The notes: generated by a model from the letters alone, not told the origin. Shown: positions 11,808 to 21,381, counted from the stretch's first letter. The stretch is DNA of 64,000 nt from Candidatus Latescibacterota bacterium (GCA_963707635.1 OY970173.1:2016001-2080000), one strand, 5' to 3'. A program made the numbers and translations.

Positions 11808-12754
11808 TTGCCGCTCCGCGCGCCCTGCGCCTCGCGTCCAGACCCCGGCAGCAGGCGCCGCTTGATTGGGCGAAGCACGAAGCGCGCCGCGTAGGAAGCG
11901 TCCTCCCAGAGTCCGTCGGCGTTGTGCATGAGCCAGCGCGGCAAATGCGCGGTGCAGGCGATCTTCTCGGCGGCGGACACCTGCGCCCTTCGGATGGCGC
12001 CGAGGTGACCCAGGAACTGCCGCGTGTACGGAAACACCGGTTTCCCGGCCTTGGACTGGTCGAACCATGCGTTTCTTGTCTGGCGGGACCGATACTGCCG
12101 CACCGACCGATTCCCGTGCTGCCGATGATGAAACAACACGTCGGGCAGCTCGACGATCCGGCCGGCGAGCCCGATCTCTGCCAGCAGCACGCGGTCGCAA
12201 TCGGCGTAGTCCGAGAGCAGTCTCGTGCGCCGGACCATGTCGGCGCGCATGAGCCCGAAAATCACGATGCACGAGTGCTCGCGGCGCGCGAGCTCGCGAA
12301 AACGCGTGGGGACGTGCGGCGTGTCCGTGTCCATTCCGAAAGACACCACCTTGAGCGTGTTCCCCTTCTCGTCGATGTCGCGTACGCGCGTGTGGACCGC
12401 AACCGCACCCGGGTCGCGATCCAGCACCTCGACACACCGCTCGAGATAGGTGGGCTCGTGGACGTCGTCGTGCGCCGCCCACTTGAAGTACTCCCCCGTT
12501 GCCAGCTCGAAGACCCGGTTGAAATTGTGGCGGCCGCCGAGGTTGGTCTCGTTTCGGTAGTAGCGCACGCGGGGATCACGTCGCGCACGCTCCCGGCAAA
12601 TGGTCTCGGTCGCGTCGGTCGATGCGTTGTCTGAAATGATGAGCTCGAAGTCGCGGAAGGACTGGGCGAGCAGCGAGTCCAGCGCCGGAGCCAGGAACTC
12701 GGCACCGTTAAAGACCGGCACACCCACGCTGACCCGTGGTGTCTTAGCGCTCAC
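11804..12754 (-). CDS. Glycosyltransferase family 2
   Basis: VSVGVPVFNG, ISDNASTD, FKWAAHDD; GTG start after GAGG. Confidence 0.9.
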   Translation of the reverse strand: MSAKTPRVSVGVPVFNGAEFLAPALDSLLAQSFRDFELIISDNASTDATETICRERARRDPRVRYYRNETNLGGRHNFNRVFELATGEYFKWAAHDDVHEPTYLERCVEVLDRDPGAVAVHTRVRDIDEKGNTLKVVSFGMDTDTPHVPTRFRELARREHSCIVIFGLMRADMVRRTRLLSDYADCDRVLLAEIGLAGRIVELPDVLFHHRQHGNRSVRQYRSRQTRNAWFDQSKAGKPVFPYTRQFLGHLGAIRRAQVSAAEKIACTAHLPRWLMHNADGLWEDASYAARFVLRPIKRRLLPGSGREAQGARSGK

Positions 12755-12883
12755 TTTGACCTCGTTTCGCCGGGTGGCGAATGCCGGAGCTTGTGACAGC
12801 ATGATCCGATGCGAGAATGCCCTGTCGGCACGCCGCACGCAAGCAAAAGCGAGCGTGCGCGATGGTCTAGCCGCCTGCCAGGC

Positions 12884-12899
12884 AGCAAGTTACATGCCC
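12884..12899 (-). promoter_or_regulatory. Sigma-54 promoter (-24/-12)
   Basis: Minus strand GGGCATGTAACTTGCT = GG-N10-GC, intergenic, upstream of the GT2-led sub-operon. Confidence 0.7.
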
Positions 12900-12954
12900 G
12901 GGAACGGTACGGGGGGCGAAAGCGGACGCGTGGTTCTGACACCCCACCGGGTGT

Positions 12955-13746
12955 TCAGTACGCGCCCTTGCCGGTGAGAACCACGTAGATCGTCCGGAAG
13001 AGGATCTTCAGGTCCATCCACGGGCTCCAGTTGCGGATGTACACGAGGTCGAAGTGCAGCTTCTGGCGCAGTCCGTCGTCGGTGTTCGTATACCCCAGCG
13101 CGACCTGGGCCAGGCCGGTGATGCCCGGCTTCGTCCGCAGGCGGAGTTGGAACTCCGGAAGGTCCTTCTCGATGCGGCCGATGAAATAGGCGCGCTCGGG
13201 TCGCGGCCCCACGATGCTCATGTCACCGTGGAGCACGTTGATGAACTGCGGGACCTCGTCGATCCGGGTCTTGCGCAGCACACGACCGACGGGGGTGATG
13301 CGGGGGTCCTGCTCCTTTGCCCACAGCGGAGGTGTTCCCCGCTCGGCATCCACGACCATGGTCCGGAACTTATAGATGGTGAACGGGAGCCCGAAATTCA
13401 CCAGCACCCGGCGGTCGCGTCCGCGCCGGCTGGCTTCGACGTCGCTCACGCGGGTCCGACGATCGCGCAACCGCCGGTTGACCCCGACGCGCTCCTGACG
13501 ATAGAACACCGGACCCGGAGAGGTCGACTGGATGAGCGCAGCCGCCACCAGCATGACGGGCGAGAGTATCACCAGCGCGGCGATACTGATTACGACGTCC
13601 AGGGCGCGCTTCCACCCCAGGCGCCCGCGCACGTCATAGGGGTGCCGGGCGGGCCTGTCGACGGCAACGACCGGAATCTCCCGGTCGGCGAGCAGCCAGG
13701 GAAAGCGAACCGGGTTGGGGCGGGCGAAACGGGTTCCGAAAGTCAT
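12955..13746 (-). CDS. Priming sugar transferase (Bac_transf / phosphoglycosyl transferase) with an Arg-rich insertion
   Basis: KRALDVV, YKFRTM, DPRITPVGRVLRKTRIDEVPQF, GDMSIVGPRPER, KPGITGLAQV. Start re-called to 13746 because the track start (13848) overlaps a sigma-54 promoter. Confidence 0.92.
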   Translation of the reverse strand: MTFGTRFARPNPVRFPWLLADREIPVVAVDRPARHPYDVRGRLGWKRALDVVISIAALVILSPVMLVAAALIQSTSPGPVFYRQERVGVNRRLRDRRTRVSDVEASRRGRDRRVLVNFGLPFTIYKFRTMVVDAERGTPPLWAKEQDPRITPVGRVLRKTRIDEVPQFINVLHGDMSIVGPRPERAYFIGRIEKDLPEFQLRLRTKPGITGLAQVALGYTNTDDGLRQKLHFDLVYIRNWSPWMDLKILFRTIYVVLTGKGAY

Positions 13747-13831
13747 CGTCGTACCGGGTTCCGAGTTCGAAAGAAAGGGGGCGGGGTGTGGGACGAAACG
13801 TAAATACAGAACACCCCGCAGGGGCGTTGAG

Positions 13832-13847
13832 AGCATCTTCAATGCCA
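13832..13847 (-). promoter_or_regulatory. Sigma-54 promoter (-24/-12)
   Basis: Minus strand TGGCATTGAAGATGCT, preceded by an AT-rich ~280 bp intergenic region. Confidence 0.7.
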
Positions 13848-14128
13848 CTGGAGCGCTTGCGACCCAGCTGGTTTCGCCGGGCGAACCATGCTCGGTATGG
13901 TGTGTTATTACAATGCGTTAGAGAGCGCGGTGCGAGTGATCTCTACGACGAGCGTGCTAAACGGTGATGGTAGGGTTGGGGCTGAATCGGTTATTTCACC
14001 CAGGCGCAAGCGCCGGCCGCGAAGATAACTACAAGTGATAGATTGTGTTACAGACGCACCGCCGGCCATGGGCGAATGGGGATAATCGCCCATGAAATCA
14101 ACTACTAAGCGGAGGATGGAGCGGGCGT

Positions 14129-15412
14129 CTACTCGGCGACGATCTCGAAAATGTGCCCCGCGCTCTTGTAGCGCTGGCGCTCCTCGTCTGCCTCGTCGAA
14201 CGACCGGAACCGGCCGAGCACCACGCGGTAGTGCCCCGCCACGGACTCGACCTTGGCCGGGATCTTGAGAAGTTCGAGTGCGCGGACCTCGGAGCGCGCG
14301 CTGTCCAGCCACGAGTGCGATCCCGCCACCAGCACGAAGGTGGTCGGCGTCGACTGGGCGCGGCCGGCCCGCGGCGCGATGGGAGCAGGCGCCGGCGCGG
14401 AGGGCGGCACGGGCGGCGCCGTGTCGCCGAGCGGCACGGTTACCGGCGGGCGACGCGAGGGCCCCGCCATGCCGAACGAATACGAAAGCGAGAACGTGTG
14501 TGTGCTCGAGAAATACTCCTGCGGCGTGTAGGCATACTCGATCGCAAAGGCGCTGTAGCGCACGCCGAAGCCGGCGTTGAACGGGGTCTGCGACTGGGCG
14601 TTGTCGAGGTTGTCGTTCAATCCCGTGCGCAGCGTGAACATGGTGTTGATCTGATAGTCGACGCCGAACTGAAGCCGCGTCCCGTACGAGTCCGAGTTGG
14701 CGACCTGGGCGCCGGCATAGAATTGCCCGACCGCCGAGTCGAAGACGCGCCCGCCCCCGACCATCCACTCGGGCGCGATGCTCCAGGTGCCGGACGGGTA
14801 CGAAACCGAGCCGCCGATATCCCGCGCCGCCAGGTGGATCAGATTGCGCCCGATGTGGTATGCCGCTCCGGCGTGGAACGCGTATCCGGTCCCGGTATTC
14901 GGAAAAATGTGCTCCCGCAGGTACGTGGCTCCGACCGCGGCCGAGAGGCCAGTGCCGCGAAAGGCGCGGCTGAGCGTCATGTCGAAGCCGACGTTGTAGT
15001 AGCTCTGTTCCGAGATGGCCGACATCGCGTCGTTGTAGCCGACCAGCCCGCCCGAGTAGAGGAAGGTGCCGCCGATCCCCAGGACCGTGGACCCGTCGCC
15101 GAGCGGAACCGCGACCCCGGCCGCGCTGAAGGTCAGATCGTCCAGCCACTCCGCGGCGGTGATGAAGGCCTGGGTGTGCTCGAGGCCGGAGGTGAACGCC
15201 GGATTCGAGTACATGAGTGATGCATCGGGGCTGAACCCCGCCACCGCATCCGGTGACGACATGAGTCGCGCCCCGACCGGAATCTTGAGGAACGAAGCGG
15301 CGTAGCTGCCCGCGCCGGTCTGGGTTCGGCCGGCGCCGGTCAGGGCCAGGAGTGCGATCAGGGCCAGGCCGGAGACGGCCAGTCCGCGACGGGTAGGTGC
15401 GTAATGTCTCAT
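14129..15412 (-). CDS. PorV/UPF0164-family outer-membrane beta-barrel fused to a C-terminal SPOR domain
   Basis: Signal peptide; ASFLKIPVGAR..S...A...DASLMYSNPA N-terminal signature; alternating beta strands ending THTFSLSYSF; Pro-rich linker; SPOR-like FVLVAGS...YRVVLGRFRSFDEA. Confidence 0.75.
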   Translation of the reverse strand: MRHYAPTRRGLAVSGLALIALLALTGAGRTQTGAGSYAASFLKIPVGARLMSSPDAVAGFSPDASLMYSNPAFTSGLEHTQAFITAAEWLDDLTFSAAGVAVPLGDGSTVLGIGGTFLYSGGLVGYNDAMSAISEQSYYNVGFDMTLSRAFRGTGLSAAVGATYLREHIFPNTGTGYAFHAGAAYHIGRNLIHLAARDIGGSVSYPSGTWSIAPEWMVGGGRVFDSAVGQFYAGAQVANSDSYGTRLQFGVDYQINTMFTLRTGLNDNLDNAQSQTPFNAGFGVRYSAFAIEYAYTPQEYFSSTHTFSLSYSFGMAGPSRRPPVTVPLGDTAPPVPPSAPAPAPIAPRAGRAQSTPTTFVLVAGSHSWLDSARSEVRALELLKIPAKVESVAGHYRVVLGRFRSFDEADEERQRYKSAGHIFEIVAE

Positions 15413-15471
15413 CGAGCCCTTCCCTGCCGTGTCGTTGCGACGATGTCTAGCGGTGGATGCCGTTCGAAATG

Positions 15472-15487
15472 AGCAAACCCGGGGCCA
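15472..15487 (-). promoter_or_regulatory. Sigma-54 promoter (-24/-12)
   Basis: Minus strand TGGCCCCGGGTTTGCT, 60 nt upstream of the PorV-SPOR ATG. Confidence 0.65.
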
Positions 15488-15779
15488 AGGGCCCACCGCG
15501 CAAACCGTTGGTTTCAATCGCAGTCGATAGTATCCGAGGATTCCAAACCAGGGCATGTAATCTCCCTAACAGCCGGCCGTTAGTCGCCGACGGCGGGGCG
15601 GTTCTGCCTCAATCTGCACGGTCTCGCCGTGCAGGCACCATGACGCTTCGACAAACTTTCTGGCGGGGGCGATTTTCAGGGGCCGGCTGGAGCGTTTGCG
15701 GCCGTTGGGCCTGGTTCCAGCCGTCGGGTCGACGCGTCCCGTGCCGACGCGCCCGCCCCGGAGCTGGACCGGAGGGCCA

Positions 15780-17303
15780 TTAGGGGCGACCCTCCATCTC
15801 ATCCAACCGGCGTTGAGCTACTCTCGCATACCGTGTTTCCGGAAAACGCTCAATACATTTCTTCAGCATCGCGACGGCCTTGGGACGGTCGTTCAGCTCC
15901 GTCAAGTAGAGCTCCCCGGCCTTGACCATCCCGGCGGCGGTCGCGTCGTCGTCCCACTCCGGCGTCGCCGAGGCGAGGATCTCCGCCACGTCCCCGGCCC
16001 GCCCGCTCATCACGTAACTGGCCGCCAGGGCCCCCTGCACGGTGAGGCGATCGCCCGCGAACTGGCTGCGCCGGTCGATGAGCGAGAGGTAGTACTCCCG
16101 GGCACGCTCGAGCGCGCGCTCCGCGAGCTCCGTCTCGCCCCGGTCCACGTAGTGGCGCACGATGACCATCGGGGTCTCGATCGCGGCCGCCGAATAGGGG
16201 TAGATCTGCTGCGTGCGCCGCAGCAGCGACAGCGACTCGTCCCAGGAGCCCTGCCGCTCGAGGACCTGGGCGCGCGTCAGCATCGCCCGCGAAACGACCG
16301 CTTCCGGGGCGCCTGGCGCGTCCTCGAGCGCCCGGAACGCCTGCAACGCGCCCGCCTCGTCGCCCCCCTCGAGCTGCAACTCGATCAAGTCGTAACGCGC
16401 GGCGAACGCCGCGTCCGTGTCCGGATACTTCTGGACCACGCCGGCCAGCACCGGCTCCGCGGCGGCGGCGTCCTTGCGAGCGAACGCGTGGATCTCGCCG
16501 AGCAGCAGTTCGAGCCCGGCGGCGTCGGCGGCCAGGCCCGGCGTCGCGATGGCCCCGGCGAGTTCGCGGGCGGCGTCGTCCCATTCGCCGCGCACCATGT
16601 GGAGCTGAATACGTCCCAGACGGGCCTGGTCGGCGCGGGGCGAACCCGGCCACGTGGCCACGACGCGGTCGTAGAACCCGGCCGCGAGGCGGGAGGATTC
16701 GTCGTAGCGCTCGTGGTCGCCGTTCTCCTGGTACATCCTCACCAGCACGATCGGAATGTTGAGAAAGACGTCGTCCAGCTCGACACGCCCGGACCAGAAA
16801 TCGGGGCTCTCGACGATGGCCGAAAACATGCGCGCGCACTGATCCAGCGCCGCGCTGCTTTCGCCCGCCATGTACATCGACCGCGCGGCGCCGAGGCGGG
16901 CTTCCAGCGCGCTGCGCAGCGGGATCGAGCCGCGCTCGACGGTCTCGCGATACATGCTGCCGGCGTCGACGTAGCGCTCGCTCAAGAAGTACAGGTTGGC
17001 GAGCGCGATCCGGGAGGACAGCAGGATGTGTCGAATGTCGTCGACGACGGGTGCGCGCCACGAGTCGGCGCCGGGGTCCGCGAGCGGGTCGTCGGCGACC
17101 ACGCGCTGGTAGGCGTCGATGGCGAGCCGGGTGTCGTTCTGCGACGCCTGCATGAACGAAAGGTTGATCCGGCGCTGAAAGAACTGCGCGCGCCACAAAC
17201 GCCGCTCGAGGTCGTAGCGCGCGCGAACGTCGTCCGTGGGCGCGCACGAGACGACGAGCGGCCACAGCGCCGCGACCCAGAGCCAGCGCGGGTACCGCGT
17301 CAC
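15780..17303 (-). CDS. TPR-repeat lipoprotein
   Basis: Lipobox VVS-C; repeated YfiO/CpoB-like helical motifs (VVATWPGSPRA, VVQKYPDTDAA, CIERFPETRYA). Confidence 0.8.
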   Translation of the reverse strand: MTRYPRWLWVAALWPLVVSCAPTDDVRARYDLERRLWRAQFFQRRINLSFMQASQNDTRLAIDAYQRVVADDPLADPGADSWRAPVVDDIRHILLSSRIALANLYFLSERYVDAGSMYRETVERGSIPLRSALEARLGAARSMYMAGESSAALDQCARMFSAIVESPDFWSGRVELDDVFLNIPIVLVRMYQENGDHERYDESSRLAAGFYDRVVATWPGSPRADQARLGRIQLHMVRGEWDDAARELAGAIATPGLAADAAGLELLLGEIHAFARKDAAAAEPVLAGVVQKYPDTDAAFAARYDLIELQLEGGDEAGALQAFRALEDAPGAPEAVVSRAMLTRAQVLERQGSWDESLSLLRRTQQIYPYSAAAIETPMVIVRHYVDRGETELAERALERAREYYLSLIDRRSQFAGDRLTVQGALAASYVMSGRAGDVAEILASATPEWDDDATAAGMVKAGELYLTELNDRPKAVAMLKKCIERFPETRYARVAQRRLDEMEGRP

Positions 17304-18127
17304 CGCAGGCCGCCTTCCTCGGGCAGCGCGAGCGCGGTGGTGGCGGCAAACAAGAGGTAGGCCGTGAGCACTTCGAGCAGCGCCGATCCGAGCAGCGCGT
17401 AGAAGACGAGCTCGGGCTGAAAACGGGACGCAATGCCGTCCGCGCGCGAGAGCAGCGCGTCGAGCGGGGCATGGACGGCCAGGACCGTGACCACGACCAG
17501 GAGCGTCGGCGCGAAGTTCTGCGCCGCGTATCCGATGCTGGCCCGCACCGCCGGCAACGCTCCCCCGCCGCGCAGACGCAACACGATCGGCGTATAGACC
17601 AGGAACGTTTGCACGCAGGCGGTGACTGCTACGGAGCCCACGACGGCGGCGCGCGCCGGGAGCCCGGTGGGCAGCATGGCGGCGAGAGCGCCCAGGCCGT
17701 AGCCGACCGCGACGCTCGTCCCCACGAACACGACTCCGACTCCCAGCACGTGCGGGAGTGCGGCTCGAAACGAGGGACGCGGGCGCGACCGGCCGACCAC
17801 GTGGTGGTCGACCATGAGCCAGACCCCCGCGCTCCACGCGGCGAAGCCGACGGTGGCCGCCAGCGGCAGGTAGATGCGCTGGTAGACCTCGGGCAACCGC
17901 ACGAAGTGGAGCGGGTAGTGAAGCGAATCGGCGCCGCCCAGCGCCTGCACCACCGGGACCATGAACGAGGCGATGGGACTCGCCGTGAAGAACGCGAGCA
18001 GGACCAGGAGCGCGCACTGCAGCGCGCCGAACGCGGCGAAGGGGACGAACACGCTCGGCGCGCGGAACCCGAGCCGCATGTTCGCGAGTCCGTCGAGGTA
18101 GCTACTGATGGTCTGGGTCAGATTCAT
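17300..18127 (-). CDS. Hypothetical polytopic membrane protein (~6 TM)
   Basis: Multiple hydrophobic segments; overlaps both neighbours. Confidence 0.7.
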   Translation of the reverse strand: MNLTQTISSYLDGLANMRLGFRAPSVFVPFAAFGALQCALLVLLAFFTASPIASFMVPVVQALGGADSLHYPLHFVRLPEVYQRIYLPLAATVGFAAWSAGVWLMVDHHVVGRSRPRPSFRAALPHVLGVGVVFVGTSVAVGYGLGALAAMLPTGLPARAAVVGSVAVTACVQTFLVYTPIVLRLRGGGALPAVRASIGYAAQNFAPTLLVVVTVLAVHAPLDALLSRADGIASRFQPELVFYALLGSALLEVLTAYLLFAATTALALPEEGGLR

Positions 18128-18758
18128 CGCGCTCCCGAAACAACCGTTCGATCTCCGTGTGTACGGTCCGCGCATAGGGCTCGACATGGCGTTGCGCCTG
18201 CGCGATGTCGGACGCAAACGGCGTCGAGATGCTGACGAACGCCACGTCCTGGGGCCGGCGCCTCAGGGCGCGACCGGCGAGCTCGAGCTTCAGCCCCACC
18301 TCGTCGGCGAGGACGCGGTCGCTGGTCTGGTACCAGTAACAGACGATCCGCCGCTCGAAACCGTTGTGCACGACCAGGGCCCGCAACTCGCCGGTCCCCC
18401 ACGGCACCGGCCAGCGCGTTTCCTGCTCGATGTTCCATCCCGAACCCGGGTAGCAGTGCCGGGGCGAGTGGACCTGCGAGCCCTCGCGCTGGCGATCGAA
18501 ATACCCTACGAAGACCCATACAGGCTCGTCCGCATCGGGTTCGTAGGTGCGGTAAAGCACCTCGCGCGCGCGCAGCGCATCGAAGAACTCCGGCTCGAGC
18601 GCCTCGTCGACGTACGCAGGCGCCACCCCGGCCAACCCCGCGCCGGCGAGCCCGAGATCTCCCGGATCCGCGGGTTCGGTGGCGCGCAGCGAATTGCCGG
18701 CGAGGGCCACCACCGCCAGTGCGATGGCGAGCGCTATCTGCGCGCGTGTCCGATCCAC
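18102..18758 (-). CDS. epsI: EpsI family protein (exosortase-associated periplasmic domain)
   Basis: N-terminal TM; VWVFVGYF...QVHSPRHCYPGSGW and YWYQ motifs; directly after the exosortase. Confidence 0.88.
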   Translation of the reverse strand: MDRTRAQIALAIALAVVALAGNSLRATEPADPGDLGLAGAGLAGVAPAYVDEALEPEFFDALRAREVLYRTYEPDADEPVWVFVGYFDRQREGSQVHSPRHCYPGSGWNIEQETRWPVPWGTGELRALVVHNGFERRIVCYWYQTSDRVLADEVGLKLELAGRALRRRPQDVAFVSISTPFASDIAQAQRHVEPYARTVHTEIERLFRERDESDPDHQ

Positions 18759-19579
18759 TCGAGCCCCTTTCCGCCGGCGACCAGGGCCAGAACCCCGGTG
18801 ACGAATACCACGACCCCCGAGAGCTCGTGAAGGAAACTCTGCGCCGCCGCCGGTCCGGCGATGGCCGCGATGCCGGCGGTGAGCGAGAGCCGGGCCACGT
18901 TGGCGCCCACCGCGATGGGAATCACCAGCGCCAGGAACACGAGCCTGCGCACGACGCCGAGTGCGAGCCAGTCCAGCATGAACCACGCGAGTGTGCCCAG
19001 CGTCATGATCGACCGCAGGCCGCTGCAGGCAGCGACGACTTCCAGTGCGTATCCCTCCAGACGAATGACGTTGCCTTCGCGCACGAGCGGCATTCCGGCC
19101 AGGCTCAGGATCTCGGCCGCGATGCGCGAGCTCTCGAGCTGCAGGGGAAAGGTGAGGCGGTAGTACACGAGGTACGGGAGCGGGACCATGCACAACAGAA
19201 ACGCGATCGGATAGGCGAGGACGCGAAAGCGCTCGCGCCCCTCGATCGTGATCACCATCCCGGCCACCACCACCACCAGCGACACCCGCATGGTGAACAG
19301 CTCGGCGGTGAGGAGGCCGAGCAGGTACAGGCAGACGCCGGCGCCGGTGACCCAGAGCCCGGCCCCGTCGACGCGAGCCGCGGCGGCAAGGAAGCGGTGG
19401 CGCCTCCGCCAGGCCAGGACGGCCGCCATGGGGAGCACGAAGAAGCCGTGGGCGTAGTTCGGGTCGTCCGCCCACTGGTGGGCCAGAGACGCCGCTACGA
19501 ACCAGTACGCCGCGGCGAAGGAAAGCAGGAGCAGGATCGACGAAGCAACCGATCGAGGCGCGGGAACGGCGAGCCTCAT
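18734..19579 (-). CDS. Exosortase (EpsH family)
   Basis: W..DPNYAHG, REGNVI, and the catalytic Cys-Arg-His residues in VVAACSGLRS, ANVARL and FLHELSG; ATGA overlap with the upstream gene. Confidence 0.93.
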   Translation of the reverse strand: MRLAVPAPRSVASSILLLLSFAAAYWFVAASLAHQWADDPNYAHGFFVLPMAAVLAWRRRHRFLAAAARVDGAGLWVTGAGVCLYLLGLLTAELFTMRVSLVVVVAGMVITIEGRERFRVLAYPIAFLLCMVPLPYLVYYRLTFPLQLESSRIAAEILSLAGMPLVREGNVIRLEGYALEVVAACSGLRSIMTLGTLAWFMLDWLALGVVRRLVFLALVIPIAVGANVARLSLTAGIAAIAGPAAAQSFLHELSGVVVFVTGVLALVAGGKGLEWIGHARR

Positions 19580-21381
19580 TGCTCCGATTGCACCAGGAAG
19601 CGGCCGGCGGAATGCACCGCGCCCGAGCCGTCCGTGACCCGGACGAGATAGAGCGCCGGCGCCACCCGCTGCCCGGTGTCGTTGGTGAAGTCCCAGGACC
19701 AGGTGAACCCGTCCGCGCTGCTCTGGAAGCGCCGCACCGCGACGCCGGTCGCGTCGAAGATCCTGACCAGCCATGCGCGCGGCAGATTGCGAACCTCGAG
19801 CGGTCGGTGCGGATCGTCGGCCCAGAAGCCGTCCGGCACGATGGCGCCGGTGCTGGATGCAAGGTCCGTCCCGACGGTGAAGGTGAACACCAGCGGCGTG
19901 GCGCAGTTCTGTACCGCAGCGCGGTCGCACGCCTCCACGTCCACGCGGACCTCGGTCCCGCTGCCGAAGGCGGTATCGGGCCGGTAGCGAATTTCGGCGC
20001 TGGTCGGCGTGCCATCGACGGTGAACACGACCGGGGTTCCGTTCACGCGCATTTCCACCGAGGCGAAGTCTATTCCCAGGCCGCCATCGGCGAGCGACAC
20101 CACGAGGGTCGGCCTCGGTTCCACCCCGATCGCACCCGCCCCCGGGCTCACGACCTGAATCGTCGGCGCGGTGACGTCGTTGGCGGCGGCGGAGCCGGTT
20201 CGAAACGTCCAGTTGCGGCTCATCACGTTGGCCGGGTTCGCGCGGTCGGAGGCGGTCATCTCCACCAGCACGTCGGTGTTGGGAGGAAAGTCCGACGCGG
20301 GGTTGCACTGGACCGCGTAGCCGTTGCTGGCGGGTGTGAGCGACGGCGTGATCGCCACTCCGTTTGCCATCACCTGGATGGAGCTGGCGCTCACACCCGT
20401 CTTGTCGTCCGTCAGCACGAAATAGATGTTTGCGTTCAGCGGTACACCGGTCGCCCCCGGCGCCGGCGCCCGCTGGCTGATCGAAGGCGCCGCGACGTCG
20501 GTTCCCTGCGCGACCAGGGTCACCTCGGACGAATAGCCGCTGAACGTGCCTGCACCGGTGTAGGAGCGCACCGCGAAATAGTACGTTCCGGCGGCGAGGG
20601 CGCAACGCGACGCGGTGGTGGTGTTCCCCGCGTCGACCGAATCCGTGTAGGCGGCCTGGCTGCGGCGCCGGGTACCGAAATACATCCGATAGCCGGTGAC
20701 GGTGGGGTCGCTGACCCGGTTCCACGTGACCTGCGCGCAGCCGAGGGTGGGCTCCGTCACTCTCACGTTGGTCGGCGGCACCGGTCCAGCCGTGTTCTGG
20801 TTGCTGATGGTCGTGGTCGAAGGCGCGGATCGCCCGCTCCAGCGGTCGAACGAGTTGTGCGCGCGCAGCGCGAAGTGGTACGTCCCGGTCTGCATTCCAC
20901 AGCGGGTATACGTCGACTGGGTGCCGTTCTTGACGATGTCGAGCCGGTCGATCGACAACGAGTCGGTGTAGACGCCCGGATTACCGCCCCAGAGCAGCGT
21001 GTAGTCGGTCACGTAGTCGGTGACCGCGGCGCTATTCCAGCGCAGGACCACACAGCCGTCGGTGCTCCCGGTGGCGACCAGTCCCGCGGGGACGGCCGGG
21101 GTGACGGGCTGGATGCCGGTGAGGGTAAACACGTAGACGTCGCCGGTCTGGGTGACATCTTCGAGCGTGATCGACGTGGCCGGGCTGGCGACCTGGCTGC
21201 CCGCCGCAGCCCCGTTCTTCCGGATGTTGTAGTTGCCGGCCGGCGCCAGATCGAAGATCAGGAATTGCGTGTTGCCCGCCGCGGGTTGCGATCCTGCGGA
21301 TGCCTTGCCGGCGGCGTGTGTGCTTGCCGCGGCGACGACGAGCGCCACGAACAGAACGATCGAGAATGCATGACGGACCAT
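19576..21381 (-). CDS. Secreted fibronectin-III/Ig-repeat protein with a C-terminal FlgD-Ig / T9SS-type sorting domain
   Basis: Signal peptide; two FnIII repeats (LRWN...DYTLLWG...YHFALRAHN; VTWN...GYRMYFG...YYFAVRSY); two Big_5-like repeats; C-terminus VRIFDATGVAVRRF...WDFTNDTGQRVAPALYLVRV. Confidence 0.8.
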   Translation of the reverse strand: MVRHAFSIVLFVALVVAAASTHAAGKASAGSQPAAGNTQFLIFDLAPAGNYNIRKNGAAAGSQVASPATSITLEDVTQTGDVYVFTLTGIQPVTPAVPAGLVATGSTDGCVVLRWNSAAVTDYVTDYTLLWGGNPGVYTDSLSIDRLDIVKNGTQSTYTRCGMQTGTYHFALRAHNSFDRWSGRSAPSTTTISNQNTAGPVPPTNVRVTEPTLGCAQVTWNRVSDPTVTGYRMYFGTRRRSQAAYTDSVDAGNTTTASRCALAAGTYYFAVRSYTGAGTFSGYSSEVTLVAQGTDVAAPSISQRAPAPGATGVPLNANIYFVLTDDKTGVSASSIQVMANGVAITPSLTPASNGYAVQCNPASDFPPNTDVLVEMTASDRANPANVMSRNWTFRTGSAAANDVTAPTIQVVSPGAGAIGVEPRPTLVVSLADGGLGIDFASVEMRVNGTPVVFTVDGTPTSAEIRYRPDTAFGSGTEVRVDVEACDRAAVQNCATPLVFTFTVGTDLASSTGAIVPDGFWADDPHRPLEVRNLPRAWLVRIFDATGVAVRRFQSSADGFTWSWDFTNDTGQRVAPALYLVRVTDGSGAVHSAGRFLVQSEQ

